A DNA stretch of 64,000 bases, taken from NCBI GenBank assembly GCA_040758355.1, contig JBFLWF010000009.1, positions 30,203 to 94,202 of the forward strand, written 5' to 3'. Both the position numbers and the translations under genes were made by a program. The notes beneath the pieces were generated by a model. It made no database searches. It was not told the origin of the DNA and saw only the letters and a program-made list of their open reading frames with translations. The stretch is from Nitrospirota bacterium (GTDB lineage: Bacteria > Nitrospirota > Thermodesulfovibrionia > Thermodesulfovibrionales > Dissulfurispiraceae). Of the stretch, positions 10,205 through 20,999 are shown one piece after another (the stretch's first letter is position 1; the number at the start of each line of letters is the position of its first letter).

Positions 10205-10597
10205 TTATTGTATCCGACCGGATACAGGCATTTTCTGGTCTCAACACGCCATAAGGTTTATATCATACCCATGCAACTGAAAGGCAAACCGCAAGTCCCT
10301 CCTCTGTTCCGAAGCAAGGGATGCATATATCTCCTTCACCTTTTCTCCGGAGCGCTGTGTGCAATTATATTTATAGAGGTTATCCTTTACATCTTGTGAC
10401 AGATGGGTGTCATTGAGTATTTTGCTCAAATCACCCGATTCGCAGAGCATTTTATAAAGCCCTTCCCTATTGCTCCCGAAGAAGTAACCCTTGCCATGCT
10501 TGGTAACCACAAAGGTATCAGAACAGCCCCAAAGGACGATTAAGCTTAACAGCGCAGTTAGCAGTGTCAATAATTTTATATTCTTTGCGCTCTTCAT
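10205..10597 (-). CDS. Small lipoprotein; candidate selenoprotein with Cys-Sec near the C-terminus (118 aa if TGA at 10241-10243 is a stop, 130 aa if read through)
   Basis: Lipobox LWGC; ...NLMAC-TGA-DQKMPVSGRIQ-TAA; hairpin TGTATCC-GGTC-GGATACA downstream of the TGA. Confidence 0.6.
10209..10226 (-). promoter_or_regulatory. Candidate bacterial SECIS hairpin
   Basis: 7-bp stem at +15..+32 after TGA, GGTC loop starting at +22; outer CCAG/CTGG pairing. Confidence 0.5.
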
Positions 10598-11103
10598 TTT
10601 TTACCTCCCAATAGTTTTAAAATTTTCTCCTTCATCTGGGGAGAATCCCACTCCCTTTCACCCATAATCTTTTCTATTACGACCCCGTTTCTGTCTATTA
10701 AAAAGGTTGTTGGAAGCCCTAATACAGCATACTCATCAAAGGAAACAGCCTTGTCTTTATCCATGAGTACGGGGAATGTGAGCTTAAGTTCCCTTGCAAA
10801 GGACTTCACAGGTTTTTCCGATGCATCCACAGATACTGCGAGGACAACAAGACCTTTATCCTTGTATTCATTGTAGAGATTATTCAGAGACGGCATCTCT
10901 GCCCTGCATGGGCCGCACCACGTTGCCCAGAAATTGAGAAGAACAGCCTTGCCCCTGAATTCCGAGAGATTCACTTTTTTGCCATTGATGTCATTCAGCG
11001 TAAAATCAGGGGCACTCCCTTGTGCCGCAGAGACAGGATTCGAAAGGATGGTACATAAAGCCAAAAGAGCGATTAGTGTAAGGAAAAGCCTGAACTTCAC
11101 CAT
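10594..11103 (-). CDS. TlpA/ResA-family thiol-disulfide oxidoreductase, exported
   Basis: Signal peptide, APDFTL, LNFWATWCGPC, GLPTTFLID. Confidence 0.92.
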   Translation of the reverse strand: MVKFRLFLTLIALLALCTILSNPVSAAQGSAPDFTLNDINGKKVNLSEFRGKAVLLNFWATWCGPCRAEMPSLNNLYNEYKDKGLVVLAVSVDASEKPVKSFARELKLTFPVLMDKDKAVSFDEYAVLGLPTTFLIDRNGVVIEKIMGEREWDSPQMKEKILKLLGGKK

Positions 11104-11219
11104 GCCACCTCCCACAAGTGCATAGTTTATTAATTTATAAACAGTATAGCACTTAGTTTGTGAAAAAACAATGAACGAACTAATGCGAGTGCGGGAATAA
11201 AGCGGAGACTGTGAAGGAT

Positions 11220-11250
11220 AAAAAAGGGAGGGGCGTACGCCCCTCCCTTA
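11220..11250 (-). terminator. Rho-independent terminator
   Basis: AAGGGAGGGGC-GTAC-GCCCCTCCCTT hairpin followed by a T tract on the minus strand. Confidence 0.8.
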
Positions 11251-11271
11251 AATTTAATGATAAGTTAGCGT

Positions 11272-12786
11272 TTAGAATAAGACATCAAAGGTCAGGTAGA
11301 TGTCTGTCGCTTTGTCAACTACCTCATGGAATACACCCGCGCCAGTCCCTGTTTGTCTTAAATCGGAAATTTTCTGTGGTGCGCCGACCCAGTTATTGCT
11401 TCCAGTGTATTTGAAGTCATAGTACTGATAGCCGAGCCTGAAGAAAGCCTTGCCTCTCTTAGCAATAGGCTTCTTACTGAGTTCCTGGATAAGATAAACC
11501 TCGTAAACATTGCCTCTTGTGCCGAGCTTGCCTGTCCATATGTCGTCATTTGCAGGAACGAATGTTATCCAGTTCTTTGAGCCGTGGTTGTATTCTGCTC
11601 CGATCTTTGTGCCTGTGGATTTAATGTCATACCTGCCGCCGAGATAGAAGGCATTTCCAGTACGTGATTTTTTGCCTTCGACAGTGTCCCACATTAATCC
11701 GAAAGAGTTACCATCTGCGAATGGTCCCATAGAGTTAGGATTGGGACGTGTTTTGCTGATAGCGCCAGATGCGAAGAGATTGAGGTCTCCGACCTTGCCC
11801 ATAGCTGTCACACCATACCAATCTATCTCGCCCAAATTTGTATTCGCGTTTGCGGTTAGGTTATCTGGGCGGAAAAATATATTAGAGCCTCTGTTCCAGT
11901 TGAGTTCGACATGGAAGTTATCGGTATCGTAAGGAACCACATCTAAGCCGAACATGGATGTATCTTTAAGATTATTGTTCTGCGGTCTGAATCCGCTGTC
12001 CAAGCCTTTCCCGTAACAGAATTTTGCATAGGCGCCGGGAAGGGCATCTATGTCAGGGGCATAACCTAATGTTAAACCATCAAATGCATAATCAACCAAT
12101 AAAGAGGGAACTCCTGCTGTTCCTGTTTTTTCGGTATTCATCCTCAGGTTTTGCGGGATGCCGCCTGTTGATGGCCTTCTACCAATGGAGAACCATACCG
12201 GTGCGCCGCCAATATTGCTCCACGTTGCATATGCCTGGTCAACCCTGAGGGTATTGTCCTGTGGAATGTGGCTGGTTGTTCCATCAAATACGGTCCTGTC
12301 AGCAAAGAAGGCATTGTTTGTTACGGGGTTGGCATTACCCATTCCCCATACCTTGTACATGAGGAGCCTTGCCTTGACATTAATGTCTTCTGTTGCCTTT
12401 GCATTCAAATTAAGTCCAAAGCGATTGGTGAATAGAGAGTCATTCTTTACATCTCTTCCTGCAGTTGCATTAACTGCCGAACCGTCTGCATTGAAGACCC
12501 GTGCATCGTGCGTTTTACCGCTTAAGCTGTCAATCCTTGCCCTGAAGTCTCCACCAATCTCCAGCCATGAAGGCCCTGCGGCTTGTTCAGCCTTTTTCTC
12601 AACAACCGTGATTCTTTCCTCCTTTGCGGTCTCTTTCTGCTGCATCTCCTGCATCTGCTGTTTCAGGCGATCGAGCTCTTTTGAAAGCGCCTCGATCTTC
12701 TGAAGAAGGTCGCCCTGGTCGGCAGCAAATGCGGGGAGAGGAAGTAGAAAAGAGAGTGAAAGGAGAACTGCCAAAAACTTCTTCAT
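11272..12786 (-). CDS. DUF3373-like outer-membrane beta-barrel protein
   Basis: Signal peptide, N-terminal coiled coil, LEIGGDFRAR, alternating beta strands, C-terminal Phe. Confidence 0.75.
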   Translation of the reverse strand: MKKFLAVLLSLSFLLPLPAFAADQGDLLQKIEALSKELDRLKQQMQEMQQKETAKEERITVVEKKAEQAAGPSWLEIGGDFRARIDSLSGKTHDARVFNADGSAVNATAGRDVKNDSLFTNRFGLNLNAKATEDINVKARLLMYKVWGMGNANPVTNNAFFADRTVFDGTTSHIPQDNTLRVDQAYATWSNIGGAPVWFSIGRRPSTGGIPQNLRMNTEKTGTAGVPSLLVDYAFDGLTLGYAPDIDALPGAYAKFCYGKGLDSGFRPQNNNLKDTSMFGLDVVPYDTDNFHVELNWNRGSNIFFRPDNLTANANTNLGEIDWYGVTAMGKVGDLNLFASGAISKTRPNPNSMGPFADGNSFGLMWDTVEGKKSRTGNAFYLGGRYDIKSTGTKIGAEYNHGSKNWITFVPANDDIWTGKLGTRGNVYEVYLIQELSKKPIAKRGKAFFRLGYQYYDFKYTGSNNWVGAPQKISDLRQTGTGAGVFHEVVDKATDIYLTFDVLF

Positions 12787-12940
12787 AAACACCCCCTGTT
12801 AAAATTTTGTAAACATTTATACCATCAATCGATAAATAAGTCAAGAGTTTTTTTATTAAAAGATTGCGAAACTATCTTCTTAAATTCCATAATCAGCAGC
12901 CAAACTTTTAAGTGTATGCAGGGTGTGCTGAATTTGTTAT

Positions 12941-13070
12941 GGCGGAAGACAAAGTATTTTCGCTTCATTCTCGGAAGACATCCAGCCTTCCTCCGAAGCA
13001 AAGGCAGCCAGCTTTGACATCCATGTCACGCTTAGGCTGCCCAAGTCGCTCCAATACTTTGTTTTCCGCC
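12941..13070. repeat. Structured palindromic element with GGATG loops, copy 1
   Basis: Terminal stem GGCGGAAGACAAAGTATT/AATACTTTGTTTTCCGCC; homologous to 46663-46794. Confidence 0.7.
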
Positions 13071-13124
13071 TTGACTGTCCGTAATTTATGAATAATGTGG
13101 GTTAGGAATCCATAAGTTCAAAAA

Positions 13125-13161
13125 GAGGGATTTCATAAGGGGGACCCCGTCCCCCTTATGA
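13125..13161. repeat. REP-like palindrome, copy 2
   Basis: TCATAAGGGGGAC...GTCCCCCTTATGA. Confidence 0.6.
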
Positions 13162-13180
13162 GTTATGGTATAATGACCAG

Positions 13181-13663
13181 ATGGAACTTCACAGAGAGAT
13201 AAGGGCGTTTTATATAAAGCTGTCTTATTCGTATAAGGACATTACCCCGGACATTGTGGATAGTCTATGGGATCTTTCAAAAGACCTTGCCATAAATGCC
13301 ATAGACATAAGTAAAAATAGCGAGGTGCTGATACATTCCGATATTGAATTCAGTTTGGCAAACTGGAATGAGGCTGTAGGGTACCTGAGGTCTGTGACCA
13401 CGCTCTTAAATGCAAAGAGCGGGTATTTGCTTGTGAGAAAAATAATAGGATTAAAGAATTCTGTCAGGACAGAATTGGAGGGATACAAGGTTACAAAGAG
13501 GGGTGTTTATAATGCAGAGATGCCGGAGTCCCCTGACTTTATAGAGGATGTAATAAGGTTTTCCGGCAGGAACAAAAAACTCCAGCAGATAGATGCAATG
13601 GAAAAGCTGTTCAGGTTTATTGAGGAACAGGAGAAGGACAAGGATAATGAGGACGCCGGTTAG
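13181..13663 (+). CDS. Hypothetical protein
   Basis: 160-aa ORF; TATAAT about 6 nt upstream of the ATG; no recognised motif. Confidence 0.6.
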   Translation: MELHREIRAFYIKLSYSYKDITPDIVDSLWDLSKDLAINAIDISKNSEVLIHSDIEFSLANWNEAVGYLRSVTTLLNAKSGYLLVRKIIGLKNSVRTELEGYKVTKRGVYNAEMPESPDFIEDVIRFSGRNKKLQQIDAMEKLFRFIEEQEKDKDNEDAG

Positions 13664-13711
13664 TTTGACAATGATTCAAATTTTTTGATATAAATAAGTT
13701 TTGTTAAAATT

Positions 13712-13784
13712 TCCTGGGTAGCTCAGCCGGCAGAGCGGGTGGCTGTTAACCACTTGGTCGGGGGTTCGAGTCCCTCCCCAGGAG
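13712..13784 (+). tRNA. tRNA-Asn(GTT), CCA not encoded
   Basis: TCCTGGG/CCCAGGA acceptor stem, CTGTTAA anticodon loop, GGTTCGAGTCC T-arm. Confidence 0.95.
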
Positions 13785-13794
13785 CTTAAAGGCA

Positions 13795-13832
13795 TAAAGA
13801 TGGCGGGATAAAATCCCGCCATCTTTATATTT
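13795..13832. terminator. Bidirectional terminator between tRNA-Asn and hsp20
   Basis: ATAAAGATGGCGGGAT-AAA-ATCCCGCCATCTTTAT. Confidence 0.8.
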
Positions 13833-14291
13833 TTACGATACTTCTATCTTAATTTCCTTCGGCTTTGCCTCTTCCCTCTTTGGAAGTACTATCTCGAGCA
13901 CCCCGTTTTTAAAGGATGCCTTTGCCTTTTCGCTGTCAACCTCTGCAGGCAAAGCAATTGTCCTCGTGAAGCTTCCATAGCTTATTTCAGCGGCATAATA
14001 ATCTTCTTCTTTCACCTCTTCTTCCTTCGTTGTCTCCCCTTTCAGGGTGAGGGAGTCCTTGGTTATTGTGAGGTCTATATCTTCCTTAGCAACGCCTGGA
14101 AGCTCTGCCTTCACTACAATTTCGTTTTTCCTGTCATACATCTCGATGTTTGGAACAATCACTCCCATTTCCGGCTTAAGCCAGCCCCTCCTCCTTCTGG
14201 TAATGGGAGAGAAAAACTCCTCGAAGAGCCTGTCCATGTCTTTTCTCATCTCTTCGAGTTCTTTTAATGGGCTCCATTTTACGATTGACAT
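13833..14291 (-). CDS. Hsp20/alpha-crystallin small heat-shock protein
   Basis: AELPGV.KEDI, YGSFTRTIALP, ASFKNGVLEIVLPK. Confidence 0.95.
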   Translation of the reverse strand: MSIVKWSPLKELEEMRKDMDRLFEEFFSPITRRRRGWLKPEMGVIVPNIEMYDRKNEIVVKAELPGVAKEDIDLTITKDSLTLKGETTKEEEVKEEDYYAAEISYGSFTRTIALPAEVDSEKAKASFKNGVLEIVLPKREEAKPKEIKIEVS

Positions 14292-14333
14292 AGCCAACCT
14301 CCTAATTTAGCTAAATTCAAGGGTCAAAGACCC

Positions 14334-16976
14334 TTATGACACAGTTTCAGCAACTGCCAACTTGCTGAATACCATTTTGTCATCTGCAAAATCCACTTCT
14401 ACCACATCTCCTTCCCTGAATGTGCCGTCAAGTAGCTTCAATGCAAGGGGATTGAGTATCTCCTTCTGAATTGCCCGTTTTAAAGGCCTTGCTCCGTAAA
14501 CAGGGTCATATCCTGCCTTTGCAATGAACTCTTTGGCGCCATCGGTAAGGACGATATCAAGCCTCTTTTCGTGGAGATATTTTTTCATCCTGTTTACCTG
14601 AATCTCAACAATCTGCTTAAGCAGTTCCTCGCTCAGAGGATTGAATATTATGGTCTCGTCAATCCTGTTGAGGAATTCCGGCCTGAAGAATGTCTTAAGG
14701 TCCTCCATGACTTTTTCTTTTAATTCCTTTTCATTTTCGCTCCAATGTGAAGGCCTTTTTATCCTCTCCTCTAATATCTCCTGAATATGGGTGCTGCCGA
14801 TGTTTGATGTCATTATGACCACGGTATTTCTGAAATCCACAGTGCGTCCATGCCCGTCTGTAAGCCTGCCGTCGTCAAGCAACTGGAGCAGGATGTTGAA
14901 GACCTCCTGATGCGCCTTTTCCACTTCATCGAATAGGATTACGGAATAAGGCCTTCTCCGTACTGCTTCTGTAAGCTGTCCGCCCTCTTCATATCCCACA
15001 TAGCCCGGAGGCGCTCCAACGAGTCTTGACACGGTATGCCGCTCCTGATATTCGGACATGTCGATCCTTATCATTGCAGCCTCATCGTCAAACATAAACT
15101 CCGCAAGTGCCTTTGCCAGTTCTGTCTTTCCCACGCCTGTAGGCCCGAGGAACAGAAAAGAGCCTATGGGCCTGTTCGGGTCCTGAAGACCTGCCCTTGC
15201 CCTTCTTATGGCATCGGATACTGCAACAATCGCCTTATCCTGACCAACAACCCTGAGCCTCAGCCTGTCCTCCATATGTATGAGCTTCTGCACCTCTGTC
15301 TCCAGCATCCTTGAAACAGGAACACCTGTCCATTTGGATACGACCTCTGCAATGTCCTCTTCATCCACCTCTTCCTTAAGCATCTTCCTTCTCTTCTGTG
15401 TTTCCTGAAGCCTTATATTTTCTCCATCCAGCGCCTTCTGGAGTTCGAGGAGTCGACCGTATCTCAGTTCAGCAGCCTTTGTGAGGTCTCCTTCCCTTTC
15501 TGCCCTTTCAGACTCTGTCTTTGTCTTTTCTATCTGCTCCTTTATATCCCTTATCTTCTGTATCACCTCTTTTTCGCTCAGCCACTGCGCCCTTAATGAA
15601 TCCCTTTTTGCCTGAAGTTCTGCCATTTCCCTGCCGAGTTTTTCGAGTTTTTCCTTTGCATCGAGGGAGCCGTCATCCCTCATCAATGCCTGTTTTTCTA
15701 TCTCAAGCTGTCTCAATCTCCTCTCTATCTCGTCCAGTTCCACGGGCATGCTGTCTATCTCCATCCTGAGCCTTGCTGCAGACTCGTCAATGAGGTCTAT
15801 GGCCTTATCAGGAAGGAACCTGTCTGTTATGTATCTGTGGGAAAGGACGGCAGCGGCTATAAGGGCGGAGTCCTTTATCTTCACGCCGTGATGCACTTCG
15901 TATTTCTCCTTGAGCCCTCTCAAAATAGAGATGGTATCCTCTACAGAAGGTTCTTTTACATAGACAGGCTGAAACCTCCTCTCAAGGGCAGGGTCTTTTT
16001 CTATGTGCTTTCTATATTCATCAACGGTTGTGGCTCCGATGCATCTCAATTCCCCCCTTGCAAGGGCGGGTTTCAGCATATTGGCTGCATCGACAGCACC
16101 CTCTGCCGCACCAGCACCAACAAGGGTGTGGAGCTCATCAATGAAGGTTATTATCTTCCCTTCGGACTGTTCTATCTCTTTTAATACTGCTTTTAGTCTC
16201 TCTTCAAATTCTCCTCTGTATTTAGAACCGGCAACGAGACTTCCGATGTCAAGGCCTATCAAACGTTTATCCCGCAATGTTTCGGGCACATCGCCTGCAA
16301 TTATCCTCTGTGCAAGTCCTTCTGCTATTGCTGTTTTTCCAACGCCCGGGTCGCCTATAAGCACCGGATTATTCTTTGTCCTTCTCGACAGCACATGAAT
16401 TACCCTTCTTATCTCTTCATCCCTTCCGATTACAGGGTCAAGCTTTCCCTTTTTTGCAAGGTCTGTAAGGTCTTTGGCATATCGTGCAATCGCCTGATAT
16501 TTTTCTTCGGGATTAGGGTCTGTTACACGGTGAACTCCACGGATCTCCCTCATTGCAGAAAGAATGTTATCAGAATCTGCACCGTATCTCTTAAGGATAT
16601 CAGATGCCGGGCCATATGCCTTTGAAATGGAAATGAGCAGATGCTCAACGCTTATGAATTCATCTGTTAAATGTGTTGCCTCTTCAAATGCCTTTTCCAG
16701 CACGGTTTTTAGTCTTGGAGCTATATAGATCTGTCCGAGAGGTGTTGCACCGGAGACCTTCGGGAACTTTTCTATTTCCTTATCAATGTCTGTCTTTAAA
16801 GAATTTATGTCTACATTAAGACGCTTGAGTATCTGGTATGCTATTCCCTCTTCGTCCTCAAGGAGCGCATAGAGGAGATGCTCCACATCGAGCTGTTGAT
16901 TGCCCTTTGCCTCTGCAATCCTCTGGGCCTCCTGCAGCGCCTCCTGGCTCTTTACTGTCAATTTATCCAATCTCAT
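14334..16976 (-). CDS. clpB: ATP-dependent disaggregase ClpB
   Basis: Two AAA+ modules ([16 protein letters not shown]) and coiled-coil M domain (KAAELRYG). Confidence 0.97.
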   Translation of the reverse strand: MRLDKLTVKSQEALQEAQRIAEAKGNQQLDVEHLLYALLEDEEGIAYQILKRLNVDINSLKTDIDKEIEKFPKVSGATPLGQIYIAPRLKTVLEKAFEEATHLTDEFISVEHLLISISKAYGPASDILKRYGADSDNILSAMREIRGVHRVTDPNPEEKYQAIARYAKDLTDLAKKGKLDPVIGRDEEIRRVIHVLSRRTKNNPVLIGDPGVGKTAIAEGLAQRIIAGDVPETLRDKRLIGLDIGSLVAGSKYRGEFEERLKAVLKEIEQSEGKIITFIDELHTLVGAGAAEGAVDAANMLKPALARGELRCIGATTVDEYRKHIEKDPALERRFQPVYVKEPSVEDTISILRGLKEKYEVHHGVKIKDSALIAAAVLSHRYITDRFLPDKAIDLIDESAARLRMEIDSMPVELDEIERRLRQLEIEKQALMRDDGSLDAKEKLEKLGREMAELQAKRDSLRAQWLSEKEVIQKIRDIKEQIEKTKTESERAEREGDLTKAAELRYGRLLELQKALDGENIRLQETQKRRKMLKEEVDEEDIAEVVSKWTGVPVSRMLETEVQKLIHMEDRLRLRVVGQDKAIVAVSDAIRRARAGLQDPNRPIGSFLFLGPTGVGKTELAKALAEFMFDDEAAMIRIDMSEYQERHTVSRLVGAPPGYVGYEEGGQLTEAVRRRPYSVILFDEVEKAHQEVFNILLQLLDDGRLTDGHGRTVDFRNTVVIMTSNIGSTHIQEILEERIKRPSHWSENEKELKEKVMEDLKTFFRPEFLNRIDETIIFNPLSEELLKQIVEIQVNRMKKYLHEKRLDIVLTDGAKEFIAKAGYDPVYGARPLKRAIQKEILNPLALKLLDGTFREGDVVEVDFADDKMVFSKLAVAETVS

Positions 16977-17041
16977 GTTTCCTCCGATCATTAAGTCATT
17001 GAGTAATTTTTTAATAACTTAATTACTTATTTACTCAATGA

Positions 17042-17395
17042 CTATTCTTCTGAGAATATCCTTCTTAATTTCTCTTCGAAATGACGTCTTATGTCTTCTT
17101 CCATGAAACGCATCATTTCCCGCATCTCTTCCTGCATTGACTGCATCCTGTTCCGCATCCGAAGGATTATGTCCACACCCGCCTTATTAACTCCGAGCTC
17201 TTTTGTTAGTTTTATAACAAGATTTAACCTCTCTATATCATCATCAGAATAGAGTCTCTGCTTGTTTACTCTATGGGGCTGGACAAACCCCTCCCTCTCG
17301 TACATCCGCAATGTCTGGGGATGCACTTCAAGGATCCTTGAAACTACGCTTATCATATATACAGGGCTGCTCTTATCCTGCCTTCTTCTAACCAT
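17042..17395 (-). CDS. hspR: MerR-family heat-shock repressor HspR
   Basis: PVYMISVVSRILEVHPQTLRMYEREG, ELGVNKAGV; between dnaJ and clpB. Confidence 0.85.
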   Translation of the reverse strand: MVRRRQDKSSPVYMISVVSRILEVHPQTLRMYEREGFVQPHRVNKQRLYSDDDIERLNLVIKLTKELGVNKAGVDIILRMRNRMQSMQEEMREMMRFMEEDIRRHFEEKLRRIFSEE

Positions 17396-17396
17396 T

Positions 17397-18470
17397 TTAT
17401 TGCCTCCTCATCCCCTTTCGCGGGCTTTCTTTATAAAGGGCCTCTATTTTATTTATTGCCTCTTTTGCGCTCTCAGGAATATCCTTTGGAACCACTATCT
17501 TTATATCTACATATTCATCGCCTCTGTGTTTTGTTTTGGGAGAGACGAATCCCTTTCCTGAAAGCTTGAATCGCTGCCCTCCCTGTGTACCAGGCGGAAG
17601 CTTCATGGCAGCAGTGCCGTCTATTGTCGGCACCTCTATCTTTGCACCAAATGCTGCCTCCCCAAATGTTACAGGCAACTGCACATAAATATCATCGCCC
17701 TTACGTTTAAATACAGGATGCGGTTTTATGGTTATTTCGAGCAGCAGGTCGCCTGCCGGCCCTCCCCCTATGCCTGCATTGCCCATGCCTTTTAGTTTTA
17801 CGATAGAACCGTCGTCAACGCCGGCAGGAATTTTTACTTTTAAGGGTTCTGTGTATACAGTTTTGCCTCTTCCTCCGCATTTCTTGCATACGGATGTAAT
17901 CTTTCTTCCCGAGCCGTGGCATTCAGGGCATGTCTGGGCGATCTTGAAAAAGCCCTTTGATGTCTGGATTTTTCCTGTCCCCCTGCACGCAGGGCATGTT
18001 TGAGAAGATTCAGCGCCCGTGCTATTACATGCATCGCAATTAATAGTGCGCGTAATGCTTATTGGTCTGGTTACTCCAGTGAATGCATCCTCGAGGGTGA
18101 GTTCAATGCCCATGAGGATGTCTTCGCCCCTGGCATAATGCTCTGCTGCCCTGAATCTCGTGCCAAATATATCTCCGAATATATCGCCGAAGTCAAAGGT
18201 TTCTTCAAATCCAGGCCACTTGAATCCTTCAAATCCTGGAAACTCATAAGCGGTTCCTGCCCTATCGTATTCTGCACGCTTTTGTGGGTCGCCGAGCACA
18301 GCGTATGCCTCGTTTATCTCCTTGAATTTCTCCTCGGCAGTCTTGTCTCCGGGATTCAGGTCAGGATGATACTTCCGCGCAAGCTTTCTGAAAGCCTTTT
18401 TAATCTCATCCTGAGATACATCCTTACCTACGCCGAGTATCTGGTAATAGTCTTTTACTGTTGTGGGCAT
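17397..18470 (-). CDS. dnaJ: Chaperone DnaJ
   Basis: J domain (YHPD), four CxxCxxxG zinc-finger repeats, C-terminal domain. Confidence 0.93.
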   Translation of the reverse strand: MPTTVKDYYQILGVGKDVSQDEIKKAFRKLARKYHPDLNPGDKTAEEKFKEINEAYAVLGDPQKRAEYDRAGTAYEFPGFEGFKWPGFEETFDFGDIFGDIFGTRFRAAEHYARGEDILMGIELTLEDAFTGVTRPISITRTINCDACNSTGAESSQTCPACRGTGKIQTSKGFFKIAQTCPECHGSGRKITSVCKKCGGRGKTVYTEPLKVKIPAGVDDGSIVKLKGMGNAGIGGGPAGDLLLEITIKPHPVFKRKGDDIYVQLPVTFGEAAFGAKIEVPTIDGTAAMKLPPGTQGGQRFKLSGKGFVSPKTKHRGDEYVDIKIVVPKDIPESAKEAINKIEALYKESPRKGMRRQ

Positions 18471-18492
18471 CTTCTTACCTCTATTTGCTCAT

Positions 18493-18522
18493 ATAATAAT
18501 ACTTTAGTCATAGCTTGTCAAG
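18493..18522 (-). promoter_or_regulatory. sigma70 promoter overlapped by a HAIR-like HspR operator
   Basis: TTGACA-17 nt-TATTAT on minus strand; CTTTAGT-N7-TGTCAAG (18502-18522) versus HAIR CTTGAGT-N7-ACTCAAG. Confidence 0.65.
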
Positions 18523-18651
18523 TATTTTTATCCGATTGCAGTCCGCAAAGAAACTTTCTAATGCACAAATTGAGCGATTCTTAGCATAAATATATGTCAG
18601 CACACCAGCTGCCACATGTCTCAAGCAAATTCGGTTTTATTTGATTGCAGT

Positions 18652-19371
18652 CTATTTGCCCACAAGGACTGCCTTGACAGAGCCAAGCTGTACTTTGGTT
18701 TTCAGCAGCACCGGCGTTCTCTTTTTATCATCGGTAAGCCAGATCAGGATGTCCCCTTTTCTGTAAAAGATGCCCTCTGATTTTATGATGGGTTTTATGA
18801 GGATGGTTTTGAATGTGCCGAGGGGTGTCTCAACAGTCTCTTTATTTAAGACCTGTACCTCAACCTTATATAATTTTTTGCTATCGAATACTTCAATAAA
18901 AACCGATTTGCCCACTTCCAAAGGAAGCCTTCTGACATAATAAAGGCATGAGAGGGGATCGAGGGTTGAATCGTTTATGTCATAACTTGTTGTTTCATTG
19001 TTGAGATGGTTTATGTATTTGGCCTTTTTTGCTGCATGGTCAAAGATGATCTCCTTATCCCTCCTGTATTTCCCTTCCCTGAGCTTTATCCTGTAGTTTT
19101 GAGGAATTCCGACAAAATTCTGGGATCGCTCTTTCTTCAGGGTACTGACCACAGTATCCTCCACCTTATAGAAAATGGATACCCAATTTGCCGAGTTTGC
19201 CTTTGATATGAATTGTACGTCAGCGCCGTTGTCTTTTGCCTCAAGGATAGATTCCCCTGCTTTTATTCCTGCCCATGTGAGGTCATACTGGAGCTTCTCA
19301 GGAATATCAAAAGCAAAGGCATCAGCAGAGATATGCATGGCGAATACAAAAAGCAAGAATTTAAATTTCAT
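18652..19371 (-). CDS. DUF3108-like exported protein
   Basis: Signal peptide, [33 protein letters not shown]. Confidence 0.75.
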   Translation of the reverse strand: MKFKFLLFVFAMHISADAFAFDIPEKLQYDLTWAGIKAGESILEAKDNGADVQFISKANSANWVSIFYKVEDTVVSTLKKERSQNFVGIPQNYRIKLREGKYRRDKEIIFDHAAKKAKYINHLNNETTSYDINDSTLDPLSCLYYVRRLPLEVGKSVFIEVFDSKKLYKVEVQVLNKETVETPLGTFKTILIKPIIKSEGIFYRKGDILIWLTDDKKRTPVLLKTKVQLGSVKAVLVGK

Positions 19372-19408
19372 ATTTCATTTCCTGAAACACTTTTTGTTAT
19401 ATTACCCT

Positions 19409-20134
19409 ATGATTGTAATTCCTGCAATAGATTTAAAGGATGGCCTCTGTGTAAGGCTCCTTCAGGGAAAGAAGGAGGATGCCACAGTTTATTCCGATGA
19501 CCCTGCATCAACCGCTCAAAGATGGGAGTCATGCGGCGCAAGACTCCTCCATGTTGTTGACCTTGACGGCGCATTTACTGGCAATCAAAAAAATATAGAG
19601 AGCATTTGCAGAATCAGGGAAGCAGTGAAAATGGATATAGAAGTGGGCGGAGGAATAAGGGATATAGAGAGGATTGATCTGCTTATATCCATTGGAATCA
19701 ACAGGGTGATTCTGGGCACTGTTGCCATAGAAAAACCAGAGCTTGTAAAAGAGGCATGTAAAAAATATCCCGGCAGGGTGCTTGTGGGGATCGATGCAAA
19801 AAGCGGTTTTGTCGCTGTAAAGGGCTGGGTGGAGGTGACCCATATTGAGGCAAAGGAGCTTGCGTTAAAAATGCAAGATTACGGAGCTTCAGGAATCATC
19901 TATACCGATATTTCTAAGGACGGGATGATGACCGGGCCGAATATCGAGGCAACACGTGAAATGGTGGAGACTCTAAATATCCCGATTATAGCATCTGGAG
20001 GAGTATCCTCAATCAATGACATAAAAAATTTAATGACAATAAAAAATCTCTGGGGAGCAATCACAGGGAAGGCAATATATTCCGGTGCAATTGATTTAAA
20101 CGAAGCAATAAAATTAACCGAGGGGCGTTCTTAA
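19409..20134 (+). CDS. hisA: Phosphoribosylformimino-5-aminoimidazole carboxamide ribotide isomerase
   Basis: [35 protein letters not shown]; true start 19409. Confidence 0.96.
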   Translation: MIVIPAIDLKDGLCVRLLQGKKEDATVYSDDPASTAQRWESCGARLLHVVDLDGAFTGNQKNIESICRIREAVKMDIEVGGGIRDIERIDLLISIGINRVILGTVAIEKPELVKEACKKYPGRVLVGIDAKSGFVAVKGWVEVTHIEAKELALKMQDYGASGIIYTDISKDGMMTGPNIEATREMVETLNIPIIASGGVSSINDIKNLMTIKNLWGAITGKAIYSGAIDLNEAIKLTEGRS

Positions 20135-20135
20135 G

Positions 20136-20999
20136 ATGCTTGCAAAAAGAATAATACCATGTCTTGATGTGAAGGATGGAAGGGTTGTGAAAGGTGTGAA
20201 GTTTGTCGAAATCAGGGATGCAGGAGACCCTGTTGATAATGCTATATTCTATGACGAACAGGGCGCTGATGAGCTTGTATTCCTCGATATAACTGCATCT
20301 CACGAAAAGAGAAAGATTATCCTCGATGTTGTGGAAAGAACAGCAACAGATGTATTCATGCCATTGACTGTGGGTGGAGGCATAAAGACACTGGATGACA
20401 TAAGAGACCTGCTTAATGCAGGATGCGACAAGGTTTCGATAAATACTACTGCTGTGAATAATCCTGATTTTATAAGACAGGCTGCAGAGAGATTTGGAAG
20501 CCAGTGCATTGTTGTTGCAATCGATGCAAAGAGAGTTCATGATTCGAGATTCGAGATCAGGAATCCTGACGAAGTTCCCGATTGGCTAAGATCGTCAGAA
20601 GAACTCAGTGAGAGGTTACTAATTACGCCTCACGCCTCACGCCTTACGAGTCTATGGGAGGTCTTTACCCACGGAGGAAGAAAGCCAAAGAGCATGAATG
20701 CTGTTGAATGGGCAAAATACATGGAGGAGCTTGGCGCAGGAGAAATCCTTCTTACGAGCATGGACAGGGATGGCACAAAGGATGGATATGATTTAGAGCT
20801 TACGAGGGCTGTATCTGAGGCGGTATCTATACCTGTAATCGCATCCGGAGGCGTTGGAAATCTTGAGCACCTGTATGAGGGCATTGTTACAGGCAAGGCA
20901 GATGCTGTTTTGGCAGCATCAATATTTCACTACAGGGAATATACAATTAGAGAGGCGAAGGAGTATCTTAAGACAAAGGGAGTGCCTGTCAGGCTGTAA
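20136..20999 (+). CDS. hisF: Imidazole glycerol phosphate synthase cyclase subunit, with a ~30-aa insertion
   Basis: [37 protein letters not shown]. Confidence 0.96.
   Translation: MLAKRIIPCLDVKDGRVVKGVKFVEIRDAGDPVDNAIFYDEQGADELVFLDITASHEKRKIILDVVERTATDVFMPLTVGGGIKTLDDIRDLLNAGCDKVSINTTAVNNPDFIRQAAERFGSQCIVVAIDAKRVHDSRFEIRNPDEVPDWLRSSEELSERLLITPHASRLTSLWEVFTHGGRKPKSMNAVEWAKYMEELGAGEILLTSMDRDGTKDGYDLELTRAVSEAVSIPVIASGGVGNLEHLYEGIVTGKADAVLAASIFHYREYTIREAKEYLKTKGVPVRL

Noticed and set aside
19175..19408. N-terminal extension of hisA in the ORF track
   Set aside because: Antisense to the DUF3108-like gene; HisA homology starts at ATG 19409.
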